Position numbers and translations under genes: made by a program. A DNA stretch of 64,000 bases from Octopus sinensis (Eukaryota), in contig NC_043004.1 in NCBI RefSeq assembly GCF_006345805.1, positions 51,150,001 through 51,214,000 on the forward strand, in the 5' to 3' direction. The notes beneath the pieces were generated by a model. It saw nothing but the letters and a program-made list of their open reading frames with translations. It was not told the origin of the DNA and ran no database searches. Positions 24,340-38,681 of this stretch are shown here, piece by piece. Each line of letters begins with the position of its first letter. The first letter of the stretch is position 1.

Positions 24340-24486
24340 TGAGTTGGATGGTGAAAATCTTCGTCGATAGAGAGTTGAAGGTCCATGTGAGAGAGGTCCA
24401 GTGTTAACGACCTGTTGTGTGAAAGGGGACTCTTTGGCCATTTGGGCCCTGCGTCTGAATACTTCACTAACTCCATTAACTGGGTT
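24340..24486 (-). CDS. MAP3K1: MAP3K1/MEKK1-like, internal exon (most 5' exon found), phase 0/0
   Basis: Acceptor tttttcacag| and donor |gtaag. 147 nt open: [49 protein letters not shown]. Joins in frame to the next exon. RRRFSP recalls RRKRVSP upstream of the SWIM region in vertebrate MAP3K1. This frame is not in the ORF track. Confidence 0.7.
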
Positions 24487-24657
24487 CTGTGAAAAATATA
24501 TAAAAAAGGAATTGAAAAAAAAGGAAACACATATTTGCTACAAATGTATAAAAGCTACTTCGTGTATTGAATACTGCTTTCTACTTGTAAATCAGCACAA
24601 ACACACATGTGAGTGTGTTGTGAGTGTGTATGTATATATGTATGAATTTATATATAC

Positions 24658-24732
<75 letters not shown>

Positions 24733-24960
24733 TATAAACAATTGCAGTGTGGAAGGTGATTATAAGCCATTTCAAAGCGACAAAAATATTTTGACACAAA
24801 TTAAATTTAAATATTGAATTGAATCTAATGGATTTTTGTGTTTTTTAAATGGGTTATAAACTCCTTCCATGCTGCAATTGTTTTTGTTGCAGCACACGAT
24901 CTCAGATCAAGTCACTTTCTATGCAAGTACATCTCCATAAAATATATATGTATATATATA

Positions 24961-24994
<34 letters not shown>

Positions 24995-27439
24995 GCTGGC
25001 TAGGCTAGACGGCTAATATATATATATTAGGTTGCAAGCCTAGTCAGCAGAGTGACATCTTTCAAAAGCTAAAATGATGCAAAAAGCAATGTATAACAAC
25101 ATTCGCTAATCTGGTTGATACCATGATGTGTGTGTGTAGTTAAAATTTACAGAAAACAAAAGGTGAAGACAAGTAAAGGAACAACAAGCAGGTGTATTAG
25201 TTTAACGCACAGGAAGAATGGAAAAGTCTTTGACGTTTCGAGCCAATGCTCTTCGGCAAAAAGGAATTGAGAGGAAAAGACAAAAAAAGAGAATGAAAAA
25301 AGATGTAGGCATTAATGGTTCAACATAAAATGACTGCAAGAAAGAGGCTGAGTGAAGGGAAGATAATAACGATCACCCGACTGAACCAGAGTGCACAAGT
25401 GCGTATGTGTATGAGAGAATGGTGTGTGTGCGTATGTATGTGTGAATGGGGATGAGTGCATGTGAATGTGTGTGGGTAAGCTAAAAATTATGTGGGCCTT
25501 TGGGTATGTGTGTGGGAGTGTCTATGTGTGTAAGTAACCTAGTGTGTGCATTTTCATGTATTTGTGTGTGTGTGGTGTGTGTGTGTGTGCATATGAATGT
25601 GTGTATATGTGTTTGAGGTTATTGTCTGTCTCAAAAAAATATACTGGAAAAATTTGGTATATTTAAAAATTTTTCCAGTCTTTTGTTTTGATATGTAAAT
25701 TACTCCGCAAATAGAATTCACCAGAAATTCTAAATGTTATGGATGCCTCATTTAAGTGCTACACACGGACACAGATTGAATTAAAACCCCTTCTATATAC
25801 TATCTGCTTGAATATGACTTATTGGACTATATATATATATAATAATGAAGGTGACAAAAAAGCAGGTCTATGCACTGGCAGGGAAGATAACCGCCTCATT
25901 GAGTGAAATCACCATACTAGTCTAGTTTTGCTTAAAATTAGAGCTCATCAGAAGTGACTATTCTGCGTGTGTGTGTGTGTGTGTGCATGTGCACGTGTGT
26001 GCGTTTGTGTTTGTGTGTGTTTATTGTGTGTGAATCAGGGTGTAAGTACATACATATAGGAATGGATGTGCTCAGTGCGTGAAAAAGTTACCATTTAGGT
26101 TGCAGCTCTTAGTAGCAATCCCATTAAACTCCAGCCATTGCATCATTTCAAAGGATTCTATGAGGCCTGGAAAGGATTATAACGTTATATAAACAGCACA
26201 TCAATAATAGTTTCTACTACAGACACAAGGCCTGAAATTTGTTGGGGGGTGGGGACAGTCGAGTACATCGACCCCAGTACTCAACTGCATAGGTGATTTG
26301 TTCTCTAGCAATGTGTCTTATTAATCATTTTGATCATTAGTCATCTTCATCTGTCACAGCATCTTAGGATTAGTCTTCACCACTCCATTCCATGTCTTCC
26401 GAATTCTCCCTGTTGTATCTAGCTGAAAAATGAGAGCCTCTTTAAAATATTTTCAAATTTTGGAACAAGACCAGTAGTTTTAGGGGCAGGGGTAAGTTGA
26501 CTGCATCAACCTCAGTACTCATCGGGGACTTATTTTATCAACCCCCACCCGAAAGGATGAAAGGCAGCAGTTTGCAGGAAGGGTGTAAGTCAGTTGGTAC
26601 TTATTTTATCAACCCCCGAAAATATAAAAAGCAAAATCAACCTCAGCAGAATTTGAACACTGAATGTAAAGACAAACAAAATGCCTCTATGCATTTTGCC
26701 CGGCACACTAACAATTCTACAAACTCATCGCCTTTCGCACATCAATGAGAGAAAAAATGTGGGCTTGAACTTCGAAGTCCTTTATAAACCTCTTAGCGCC
26801 AGTGTTGTTGGACAATGGACAATGAACCTTCTCCATACATCCTGATTGTTCACTTTCTTCTTTAGATCCACGAGAGACCGAGTCCTCTTTTACTCCAGTT
26901 ATGCGTTTCTGTATTCAGTAATAAATGAGGTCACACTATAAATGCTATTCCTTTGTCTATTCAAGGAAGTATCTGGGCTCGATTAAGCATGGAACACTTA
27001 TAAATTGCATCTATGGATTGCATTTACAATATGACATCATTCATTACCAACTCTTGAAACAAGTAACCGATGTAATAAGGAAAAGCCAATTTGAAGCTCA
27101 AGTTCTTTTCTCTCATTGTATGTAAATATCACGTGATCACGTGACCGACCAGTCCATCAGATGTAGTTACACATCGCTGATCACAATGCGTTCGCATTGT
27201 TTTAGCCTTCAAATGACGCCACCCCGCTGGCTGAGTGAGTAGGCCAACAGAAGAAAGAGTGGGAGAAAGTTGTGGCGAAAGAGTACAGCAGGGATCACCA
27301 CCCCCAGCTGGAGCCTCGTGGAGCTTTTAGGTGTTTTCGCTCAATAAACACTCACAACGCCCGGTCTGGGAATCGAAACTGCGATCCTACGACCGCGAGT
27401 CCGCTGCCCTAACCACTGGGCCATTGCGCCTCCACACAC

Positions 27440-27525
<86 letters not shown>

Positions 27526-30500
27526 ATATATATATAATATATATACACACACACATAAACATATGAATATATATATATATGTATACATACATATGAATAT
27601 ATATGAATATATACAAGAAGCTAGCTGGTGGTTATAGCAACACACATCTGCACATGTCCACTCCACACACGATTACACACACATAACATTCGTCAATTTC
27701 TTAAAATGGGGTCATAACCCCGAAATATTGAATACAAGGTAACTCAACATTAATTCACATATTTGTTTTCTTGTGATTTGCCTTGCATTTACTTTGCATT
27801 GTTTTGACCTTACCCATGATCTTTTATAGAATACATATATGTATATATATATGTGTGTGTATGTATATATATATATATATATATATATTCTTTTATTTGT
27901 TTCAGACTGAGGCCATGCTGGAGCACTGCCTTTAGTCGAACAAACTGACCCCAAGACTTATTCTTTGTAAGCCTAGTACTTATTCTATCGGTGTATTTTG
28001 CCGACACCGCTAAGTTACAGGGACATAAACACACCAGCATCCGTTGTCAAGCAATGATGAGGGACAAACATATACATTTATATACATACATGATGGGCTT
28101 CTTTCAGTTTCTACCAAGTGTATTCACAAGGCTTTGGTCAGCCCAAGGCTATATTGGAAGACACTTGCCCAAGGTGCCACACAGTGGGACTGAACCTGGA
28201 ACCATGTGGTTGGTAAGCAAGCAACTTACCACACAGTCACTCCTGAAGGAAGGGAGGAGAGGAGGGGAGGATGAAGGGATGAGGGGAAGATGAGAGAAAG
28301 GGAGGAGAAGGATGATGATGATGATGAGGAGGAGGTGATGGAGGAGCAATATTATTGAATACAGTTAAGGATTTTAAATATGATGATGATGATGATGATT
28401 ATACTAGTTTGTTGACCCCTGGTACTTGACTGGTACTTTATTTTGACCCTGAAAGGATAAAAAGACTGATGATGATGATGGTGGTGGTGGTGGTGGTGTT
28501 GGTTGTGGCAGTTGTAATAACAATTGCAATGAGTGATGATGATGGTGGAAAAAAAAGGGGAGTAAAAACGGGTGAGGGGCGAAGAGAGAGAGGAAGGAGG
28601 AGGGGAGAATAAGGGAAGGATGAGAGAAGGAGAGGAGAAGGATTATGATGATGAGGAGGAGGTGATAAAGAACCAACATGACCATGAATAGATATGATAG
28701 CAATGATGATGATGATGATGACGATGATGATAATAATGATGATGATGACGATGATGACGATGATAATGGTGATGATGATGATGTTGAGGAGGAGGAGGAC
28801 GATAATAATGGTGACGATGATGATGATGATGATGATGACAGTGGTGATGATGATGGTGGTGGTGGTGATGATGATGACAGCAATAATAAAGATGTTGACA
28901 AACATTCTTGTGTTGAAGAGAAAGGGAAAGAGATTCCTTGCTATCCGAAGAATGTCATCTCCCCCACCCCTTCATCAGCACACACACACACACACCTACA
29001 CCTCCACACACTTACTCATATACACTCACTCTTCCCACTGTCCCTCTTTCCCTCCTCTCCTTGCTTCCCTCCTAGCACTCAGCTATGTCAGCCACATAAA
29101 CCAGATCACAGTCTGCGGGAAGATGATTCTACAGCCTAGTGTGGCACTGCATATTTAGGTTTGAAGATCAATGGCACTGCACTGGTGGCGGGGGTGGTGG
29201 AAGTGGTGGTGGCAGCGATGGTGGTAGTGCCAATAGTAAAAAGTAAAGGTAATGTTGTTGTAATGGTGGTGGTGGTGGTGGTGGTGGTGGGAGTGGTTGT
29301 GGTGGTTTGTGGTGGTGGTGATTTAGAGTGGTGGTAGTGTGTTTTGGTTGTAGTGGTGGTGGTGGTGGTGGTGGTTTGTGATGGTGGCAGTCGGAGATGG
29401 TGTGGCGGTGGCGGTGGTTGATGGCTGTCAAGATGGTGGTGGAAATGATGGGGGTAGTGGTGGGGATGGTGGCAGTGGTGGTGGTTGTTTGTAGTGGTAG
29501 TGGTGGTGGTTTGTGGTGATGGTGATGGTGGTGGTAATAGCGGAGGTGGTGATGGTGGTTGTGATTGGTAAATTAAATATTACTGACAAAACAAACACAA
29601 CAGACATGTCATCCAACAATACATTATTACTCTTTACTCTTTTACTTGTTTCAGTCATTCGACTGCGGCCATGCTGGAGCACCACCTTTAGTCGAGCAAA
29701 TCGACCCTGGGACTTATTCTTTGTAAGCCCAGTACTTATTCTATCGGTCTCTTCCGCTAAACCGCTAAGTGACGGGGACATAAACACACCAGCATCGGTT
29801 GTCAAGCAATGCTAGGGGGACAAACACAGACACACAAACACATATATATATATACACATATACGACAGGCTTCTTTCAGTTTCCGTCTATCAAATCCACT
29901 CACAAGGCATTGGTCGGCCCGAGGCTATAGCAGAAGACACTTGCCCAAGATGCCATGCAGTGGGACTGAACCCGGACCCATGTGGTTGGTTAGCAAGCTC
30001 CTTACCACACAGCCACTCCTGCGAATTTTTTCTACTTTACTGTAAGCTATGTTTTTCTATCACTATTTACACTTTTAGATGAATATAAATTAGCAATGGA
30101 GACAATTGTGATAAAAAGTAAGGTAACAGTTAGGCACAGGCATTGCTCTGTAGTTCTAGGTTCAATCCTACTGTGTAGCACCTTGGGCAAGGGTCTTCTA
30201 CTATAGCCATAGGCCAACCAAAGCCTTGTGAGTGGATTTGGTAGATGGAAACTGAAAGAAGTCCATCATATATACAGACACATACACACACACACATATA
30301 CAGACACATACACACACACATATATACATACATACATACACACAAACCCATGCTAGCATGGAAAGCAGACGTTAAACGATGATATATATATATATAGGAG
30401 TGGCTCTGTGGTAAGTTGCTATAGGTGCAGGAGTGGCTATGGTTCCGGTTCAGCCCCTCAGTGTGGCACCTGGGTAAGTGTCTTCTACTATAGCCTCGGG

Positions 30501-31361
30501 CTGACCAAAGCCTTGTGAGTGCATTTAGTAGATGGAAATTGAAAGAAGCCTGTTGTACATATATATATATATATATGTATGTGTGCCTGTGTTTGTCCCC
30601 CCACCAACATCGCTTGACAACTGATGCTGGTGCGTTTATGTCCCCGTAACCTAGCGGTTCAGCAAAAGAGACTGATAGAATAACTACTAGGCTGACAAAG
30701 AATAAGTCCTGGGGTCACTTTGCTCGACTAAAGGTGGTACACCAGCATGGCCACAGTCAAATGGCAGAAACAAGTAAAAGAACAAACGAATATATACATG
30801 TGTGTGTGTGTGTGTGTATCTTTGTGTCTGTGTTTGTCCCTCACCATTGATTATTTATGACCCTGAAGCGTACCAATTCAATGAAAGAAACCAACAGAAT
30901 ACTAAGCTTAAAAAAAAGTACTAAGCTTAAAAAAAAGTCCTAGGGTTGATTTGTTCGACTTTAAAAAAATCCTCCAAGGTGGTGCCCCAGCATGGCCACA
31001 ATCAAATGACTGAAACAAGCAAAGGACAAAAACAGAACTCTATGAAGGACCGAGTTGTATAAGTCTAAGAAACCATTATTTATACTGGCATCAACAGGCT
31101 TCTCCCACCAGCAGAAGTTTCTACTGAGGCAAACTACAGCCTCATACATAGCCTTACTAAAACTAAATGGAGATTAAATGGCATGGCTATATGGTAAGAA
31201 GCTTGCTTTCCAACCACATCATTCCAGGTTCAGACCTACTGCGTAGCATTTTGGGCAAGCATCTTCTATTATAGCATTGGACCAACCAAACCTTTGTGGG
31301 TGGATTTGGTAGGTGGAAACTGAGAGAAGCATGATGTGTGTGTGTGTATATATGTGTATGT

Positions 31362-31399
<38 letters not shown>

Positions 31400-32171
31400 C
31401 AGCAAAACAATTAAGATTCAAATGAATTCAAATGAATATGGTACTTAGATGCACCAGAATACTTTAATAATCTTTTTAAAATTAAAAAAAAAAAACTGTG
31501 CATTGTTGGAAGACATATAAAGTCTGCTTATTACCTTACTTCAAAGTCATAGAACTCACTCTGAATGCTTCATAAGGATATTTACACTTTCTAGGATGGT
31601 TGGAAAACATATATGTGATTTGGCTGATGAATACTTGACATTATATTTGCTGTAATATTTGCAGCTTCAAATAAACATGTTCTCAGTATGAAACAATTGT
31701 ACCGAATTACTGATCCATTGTTCTTACTTTTTTCTTGGCTATATATATATATATATATATGGGTCATACCATGAATAATATGGTTTTTTGCAATTGCATG
31801 AATTAAAAGGCAGAGGGCAATGGAATAAATTACCTGCATTAAAAGCAGGTAGTCTCGGGCCGACCAATGCCTTGTGAGTGGATTTAGTAGATGGAAACTG
31901 AAAGAAGCCTGTCGTATATATGTATATATATGTATATGTATGTGTGTGTACATGTTTGTGTGTCTGTGTTTGTCCCCCCACCATCGCTTGACAACCGATG
32001 CTGGTGTGTTTACGTCCCCGTCACTTAGCAGTTCGGCAAAAAGAGACCGATAGAATAAGTACTGGGCTTACAAAGAATAAGTCCCGAGGTCGATTTGCTC
32101 GACTAAATGTGGTGCTCCAGCATGGCCGCAGTCAAATGACTGAAACAATTAAAAAAAAAAAGAGTAAAAGA

Positions 32172-32225
<54 letters not shown>

Positions 32226-32697
32226 GTGTGTGTATGTGTGTTTGTATATATGTATGTATGTATGTATGTATATATGTATGTATGTATGCATTAAAATTCT
32301 TTAAAACAAAAACAAAGATGCAAGAAATTTGTAAAATATCAAAGCCAGAAAAGAAGAAGGAACACGTGCAAGCACACAGACACACGCAAACTTTGGATTT
32401 TCGTATATATGCATTCACACACACACACACACAAATGGGGATAGGGCTAATAAGTGAGTTTGATGTATATATATTCTCTCTCTCTTTTACTTGTTTCAGT
32501 CATTTGACTGCGGCCATACTGGAGCACCGCCTTTATAATCGAGCAACTCGACCCCAGGACTTATTCTTTTTGTAAGCCCAGTACTTATTCTATCGGTCTC
32601 TTTTGCCGAACCGCTAAGTGTAACGGGGACGTAAACACACCAGCATCGGTTGTCAAGCAATGCTAGGGGGACAAACACAGACACACAAACATACACG

Positions 32698-32729
<32 letters not shown>

Positions 32730-33378
32730 CATATATACGACAGGCTTCTTTCAGTTTCCGTCTACCAAATCCACTCACAAGGCATTGGTCGGCTCGGGGC
32801 TATAGTAGAAGACACTTGCCCAAGGTGCCACGCAGTGGGGCTGAACCCGGAACCACGTGGTTGGTTAGCAAGCTACTTACCACACAGCCACTCCTGCGCC
32901 TATATATATTTTTTTTCTCTCTTTTTTTTGGGGGGGGGGGTTTCTATGTATTTCAAGAGAAATGAAACAGCTAGATGAGGTGGTAAAGAGAGAACTGTGC
33001 CTTACACAAACAACTTCCTCACTCCTTCACTCTCTTCATTCATTGTTGGCCTTCAGCAAAGGAAACTTGTCTACAGCTGATGTCTTTACACCACATTCAA
33101 CTAGGAAACAGTGTGTTCGTGGGGAGAGAGGGGGGAAGTTTGTATTTATCTTTGAGACGATGATGATGTTGACGAGGAGGAGGAAGACAGCAACGACGAT
33201 AAGGATGATGGGGGTGATGAGAATAATGTTGAAGACGCAGATGATGATAATGATGATGACACTGACAGTGTCGTTGATGGTGATGATGGTGATGATGGTT
33301 ATAATAATGGTGCCAATTCTGCAGGCAACGATGATGATTGTGTTGGTGGTGATGGTGTTGGTGGTGGTGGTGGTGATG

Positions 33379-33410
<32 letters not shown>

Positions 33411-33715
33411 GATGATGATGATGGTCATGATGATGATGGTGATGATGGTGATGATGATGATGATGATGATGATGATGGTCATGATGATGATGATGGTGAT
33501 GATGATGCCAGTTGGATTTTTCTTATTGGTTGTTCCGGATGATGTGTTTGTTTCTTGTTTTTGTTGTCTTGCCCTTAAGTGCTACCCACCACCACCACCA
33601 CCACCACCGCTGCCGCCAGCATGGGAACGAAGTAATGTTGGGAGGGGAGTGAGAGAGAGAGGGGGGGAGAAAGATAAAGATGCTCAGATAAATGTTTGTT
33701 TTCATAATCTGCATC

Positions 33716-33783
<68 letters not shown>

Positions 33784-34609
33784 TGTGTATAAGAATGCAT
33801 ACGTGTATATCCAGAAGTGTATGCTTTCGTGTAGCTATGCAAGTACACATACATGTATACATCTATGTCTGTACATAGACATAGACGTGTGCACAAGGAT
33901 GTATGTCTGTTACAAGATTGATGGTTTTTCAGAAATTTTAGGGTGGAGTTAACAACATAGGGGGGGCGGGGCGTTAGTGAAACACATGTGTCGAGGTAGA
34001 TGGCAATGATAATGATGGTGGTGGTGTTGGCAGTGGCAGTGGTGGTAACGCCAGTGGTGGTATTGGTGGTGATGGTGATGGTTGCTGTGGAGGTAGTAGT
34101 ATATAGTGGTTGTAGAGATGGCTATGATGGTGATGGCTGTGGTGTAGTGTGTAGTGGTAAGCAGCCATGGCCATTCCATCTAATTTATTTTCTTTTCCTA
34201 GATATAATAGATAGGCGCAGGAGTGGCTGTATGGTAAGAAGCTTGTTTACCAGCCACATGGTTCCAGGTTCAGTTCCACTGTGTGGCACCTTGGGCAAGT
34301 GTCTTCTACTGTAGTCTTGGGCCGACCAAAGCCTTGTGAGTGGATTTGGTAGATGGAAACTGAAAGAATCCCGTCGTATGTGTGTGTGTGTGTGTGTTTG
34401 TGTGTGTGTGTTTGTGTGTCTGTGTTTGTCCCCTACCCCATCGCTTGACAACCGATGTTGCTGTGTTTACGTCCCCATAACTTAGCGGTTCGGCAAAAGA
34501 GACTGATAAGATAAGTACTAGGCTTACAAAGAATAAGTCCTGGGGTCGATTTGTTTGACTAAAAGCAGTGTTCCAGCATGGCCACGGTCAGATGACTGAA
34601 ACAAAGAGA

Positions 34610-34642
<33 letters not shown>

Positions 34643-35329
34643 GGCTGTAAGTGAAGGGTGCTGGCATGGATGTGCTAAAGAAGTTTGCTTCCAAACCAAA
34701 GTCCAGTCTCATAGCATGGCACCTTGAGCTAGAGTGTCTTCTACTATAGCCCCAAGTCAGCCAATCTGTAAGTGGATTTAGTAGATGGAAATTGAAAGAA
34801 GCCTATTGTGTGTGTATGTGTGTGTGTCCTTGCCTTTGATATTACTTGATAGTTGTAAACAAGTGTCACCAACAATTAAGCAGTGTCCTTCATTTCTAAT
34901 ATTCCATGCAAACATGTCTTGTTATAGGAAAATATTACCTTATTCTGAAACAGGTGAGAGTTGGCAACAGGAAGGGCATTTGGTCATAGAAAAGAAAATC
35001 CACCACACTCAAGGAACTCCATCCAACTCATGCAAGTATGGAAAAGAGGACATTAAAAAAGGATGATGGTGATGATTATGATGGTTATGGTGGTATCAGT
35101 GGTGGTGTGTAGATTGAGAAAGATTTAGCTGCAATTTCTAGCATTTCCTCATTTTCGGGTCAATAAAATAAGTAGCAGTTGAGCACTGGGGCTGATGTAA
35201 TCCTTAGTCCGTTCTCCCAAAATTGCTTGCCTTGGGCCAAAATTTGAAATGAATATTATTGGTGCCAATTGCAGTTTTAGTGGTGGCAGTGCCTGTGTCA
35301 TTGGTATTGTTTGTGTTGTCTACAAGCCA

Positions 35330-36960
35330 GCCTTCCACTTAGCACCTTTTCAAACTCCACCTGTCTAACACCTGTAGACATGTTTACAAAGTCAGAAAAC
35401 AACACAGCTCCCATGACTTTCGGAAACATTTTTTTCACACTACGAGGGACGTTCAATAAGTAATGCCCCTGACCCACTTGCAGTTGTTTGATCTAGCTGA
35501 AATTATTTATATCTCTATAGATCAAGTGGCAAATTACAGCTCTGAACTAATTGTGGTTTCTGATTTACAGGTGTTTGAACTGAGTCAAGTGTGAAATTGA
35601 GCCTGTTGAGTGTCGAGCAGTGATCCGGTTTTTGTATTTGAAAGGACGCACACCACGGGAGACTTTTGATGAAATGAAAGTAACTTATGGTGATGATGCC
35701 CCATCATATGACCTTGTAAAACGCTGGCATCGTGAATTCAAACATAGTCGGAACTCTGTGGAAACAGCTCCCAGATCTGGTCGACCCCTTCTGCCATTGA
35801 TGAGGCATCTGTCCGTTAAGTTGAGGCTGCCATTTGGAAGATCGACGCATAACTATTCACCAAATAGCCCATGAGGTCAAGATTAGTACCAGATCTGTGG
35901 AAACTATCATTCATGACCATTTGCATATGCAAAAGGTGTCTGCCAGATGGATTCCCAGGTTGCTCACACCTTTCCAGAAGCAAGAACGCATCGAGTGCTT
36001 GAGGATGAATTTGGAGATGTGCCAAGAAGATGAGTCAAAATTTTTCAAAAGACTGATTACACAGGATGAAACCTGAGTCCATCACTATGATCCAGAGACC
36101 AAAGCCCAGTCAATGCAGTGGAAGCACCGTGACTCACCTCCTCCAAAGAAGGCAAGGGTGCAGCCCTCTGCTGGCAAGGTCATGCTCACAGTCTTCTGGG
36201 ACCAGGACAGAGTAGTGATGATAGATTTCCTGGCAAAGGGTACCACAATTACAGGAGCCTATTATGCTTCACTTTTGAGGAAATTAAGAGAAGCTATCAA
36301 AATCAAGATGTGGGGGCAAGATCAGCAAAGACATCCTCCTCCTGCAGGACAACGCTCCGGTCCACAACTCGTGTGTTGCCAGATCAGAAGCACAGGCGTA
36401 CGACTATGAACTCCTCCCCCATCCCCCCTACTCTCCTGACCTTGCACCCTCTGATTTTCACCTCTTCCCAGCCATGAAGTTGTTTTTGAAAGGATGATGA
36501 TGTAGCCTTGATTTCTGAAGTCACGTCCTGGTTGGAGGACCAAGCTAGGGTCTTCTACAAAAACAGTCTCCAGAGCTGCATCAAACGATGGGAGATGGTT
36601 CCTATGTAGAAAAAGACTAATAACTGTGCTAAGTTTCGTTGCTCTACTGCTATGGGAAGTGGGTCAGGGGCATTACTTATTGAACGCCCCTCGTAAGAGT
36701 TGCTGAAGTATGGAACAAACTGCCGGCATCAGTTGTTAGTTATCGGAGCACTGCATCCTTCAAAACTTCCATGCTTCCTGAGATTCGCCAACACTACACC
36801 TGATTTTCTCCTCTCCATGCACACGCAAGCATGTATCTGACTCATACACTGTTCACTTTCCAGACATTTGTACATTACTGCATATGCTTTATATGCACTT
36901 TTGACAAGTTATGGTGCACCTGAGCACTGTATACAATAATTTCATTATTATTTTTTTTAT
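35330..36960 (+). mobile_element. CR1-like LINE 3' end (35330-35442 plus 36694-36960) interrupted by the mariner
   Basis: Removing the mariner restores ...KQHSSHDFRKHFFTL|RVAEVWNKLPASVVSYRSTASFKTSML, which resembles the CR1 ORF2 C-terminal FFxxRVxxxWNxLP motif. Confidence 0.7.
35443..36693 (+). mobile_element. Full-length mariner (DD34D) transposon with decayed transposase
   Basis: 37-bp TIRs (35443-35479 and 36657-36693, one mismatch) with TA duplication on both sides. Transposase pieces MIRFLYLKG..., ..HYDPETK, KVMLTVFWD, QDNAPVH...HPPYSPDLAPSDF, with 34 residues between the second and third D. Broken by frameshifts and a stop. Confidence 0.95.
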
Positions 36961-37307
36961 TTTGTTCTCTATGCCTTAACTATGGGACCAGCTTCATATA
37001 TTTGACTCATAATGGGGCCAGAGCTGACCAGGAAGTAAAAGCGACAAGTGTGTAACTTTACATACCCCCAAAACTCCTGAACTCCTGAGCTGAAGTGTCA
37101 CCATTGAATGTAATCTAATTGCTTCATATACTCTTTATATTAATGCAGATTATAGTAGCCTAAACTCTTACCATTCATCTAACATTCTCTATCCACTGAT
37201 AAAAGTAATTTCATGAAGACTATGCTTCACTGATAAAATCTTATAACACTGCAATATGTCCGTAACTGTACTCTCGTCCAATAACAAAAATCAGGGATCC
37301 TCATTAA

Positions 37308-38367
37308 CCCTTTCGTTACTATATTTCTGACCAAAATACACCCCTTGTGTTTCAATTAATTTCTTACATAATCATAAATTTAGTCTGGTTTCATTAAACA
37401 ATTATAACTTTTTTATTTATCAATATATTCACGTGAATTTTGGAAGATAATTTAATGAAATGTTCTCAACCAATTCTATACTATAATTTTTGTCACAAAG
37501 TGACTCTAATTGCAGGTAGATACAGGTAAATTCAACAAAATATAAAATTATTAAAATTTTGTTCAAACATCGCTATAGAAAATGGGTAATATTCAATTGG
37601 GTATACAACAAAATTTTACGATAGAATTTGTTATTCTGGGTAACTTTCTGATACCCATATTTATGGCAAAATAGTCTTAATTCCATTTAAGGTTGTGGGA
37701 AACCACTAACTATCCTTTCTTTCGTTTTGTTTACATTTAGCGTAACGGTTCGTTTCCGCCGTAATGATTTCAAATAGGCTCATTCGAAAAAGTAAAAAGA
37801 AATAGTCTAAGGCTTTACTCTCCTGGGAAAGTCTGTGGCTTGGTCCAGTTTCTTCAGAAAAATCACTGAAAGAAACAGTTTTTAAATTTTCACTCCATTC
37901 AGGTGCCAATTCATTTTCTTTACTGCTGTCGGAGCTCTCGGATTCACTGTTTTCATTTTCGGAAAATGAAACATCAGATTCATTATCAAATACCACGTGC
38001 TTTTTTTTTTCAGTCATAGAGTTAGATTTATCAAGGTCTTCAGTAGAAAATCCTTCGAATTCTGACTCGCTGCTTGATATAATGAAATTCGTATCCATTT
38101 TTTGTCAGAATTACAAATTTTGAAAACACAATAGGAACAAATTTTGGAAAAAAATCTCCCAAAATTCACGGAATTAAAATTACACTTCGATTTTTGTACA
38201 AAACAGTAGTTGAACTCTTTACAAAGTATAATACATGTTTTCACGAATGTACTAAAGAGATTTGCTCTGATATTCTCATTTAAATATGAATAGGTAAATT
38301 CGGGCGGCTTTGGGCGGTTTGGTCACATTAACCAAAATTTTTTTGGGGCGGTTTGGTAACGAAAGGG
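37308..38367 (-). mobile_element. Internally deleted piggyBac element
   Basis: TTAA at 37304-37307 and 38368-38371; 12-bp TIR CCCTTTCGTTAC. The minus ORF 37706-38098 has an acidic N-terminus then GPSHRL...ALDYFFLLF...IITAETNRYA, typical of the piggyBac/PGBD transposase N-terminus. The DDD domain is absent. Confidence 0.9.
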
Positions 38368-38650
38368 TTAAGCATGAAAATGTGGTTTACTGTGAAATTA
38401 ATTCCTATGAAATTATCTCCCTTCTTTGAGCATTGTCAATAACTGCCACTTAGATGTTTTGTTTTCCTTCTCCAGCTAAGAGGAAAATCTCAATTCATTT
38501 AGAGTTATTTTGTGTTCATCACTCAGTCAATCGCCACCTAGCTGGCTCGTCGAGCAGTTAAGGTTTGCAGGAAGGGTATTTACTATGTAAAATCATATAA
38601 AGCAACCTAAAATTGTTTAAAGATAATAAGGTAATCCAAAATAGATAGTA

Positions 38651-38681
<31 letters not shown>

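Noticed and set aside
26700-26910. Possible upstream MAP3K1 exon (AG then KRITGVKEDS...)
   Set aside because: The donor is weak and there is no MAP3K1 similarity. Another frame (DLKKKVNNQDVWRRFI) looks like a decayed LINE C-terminus.
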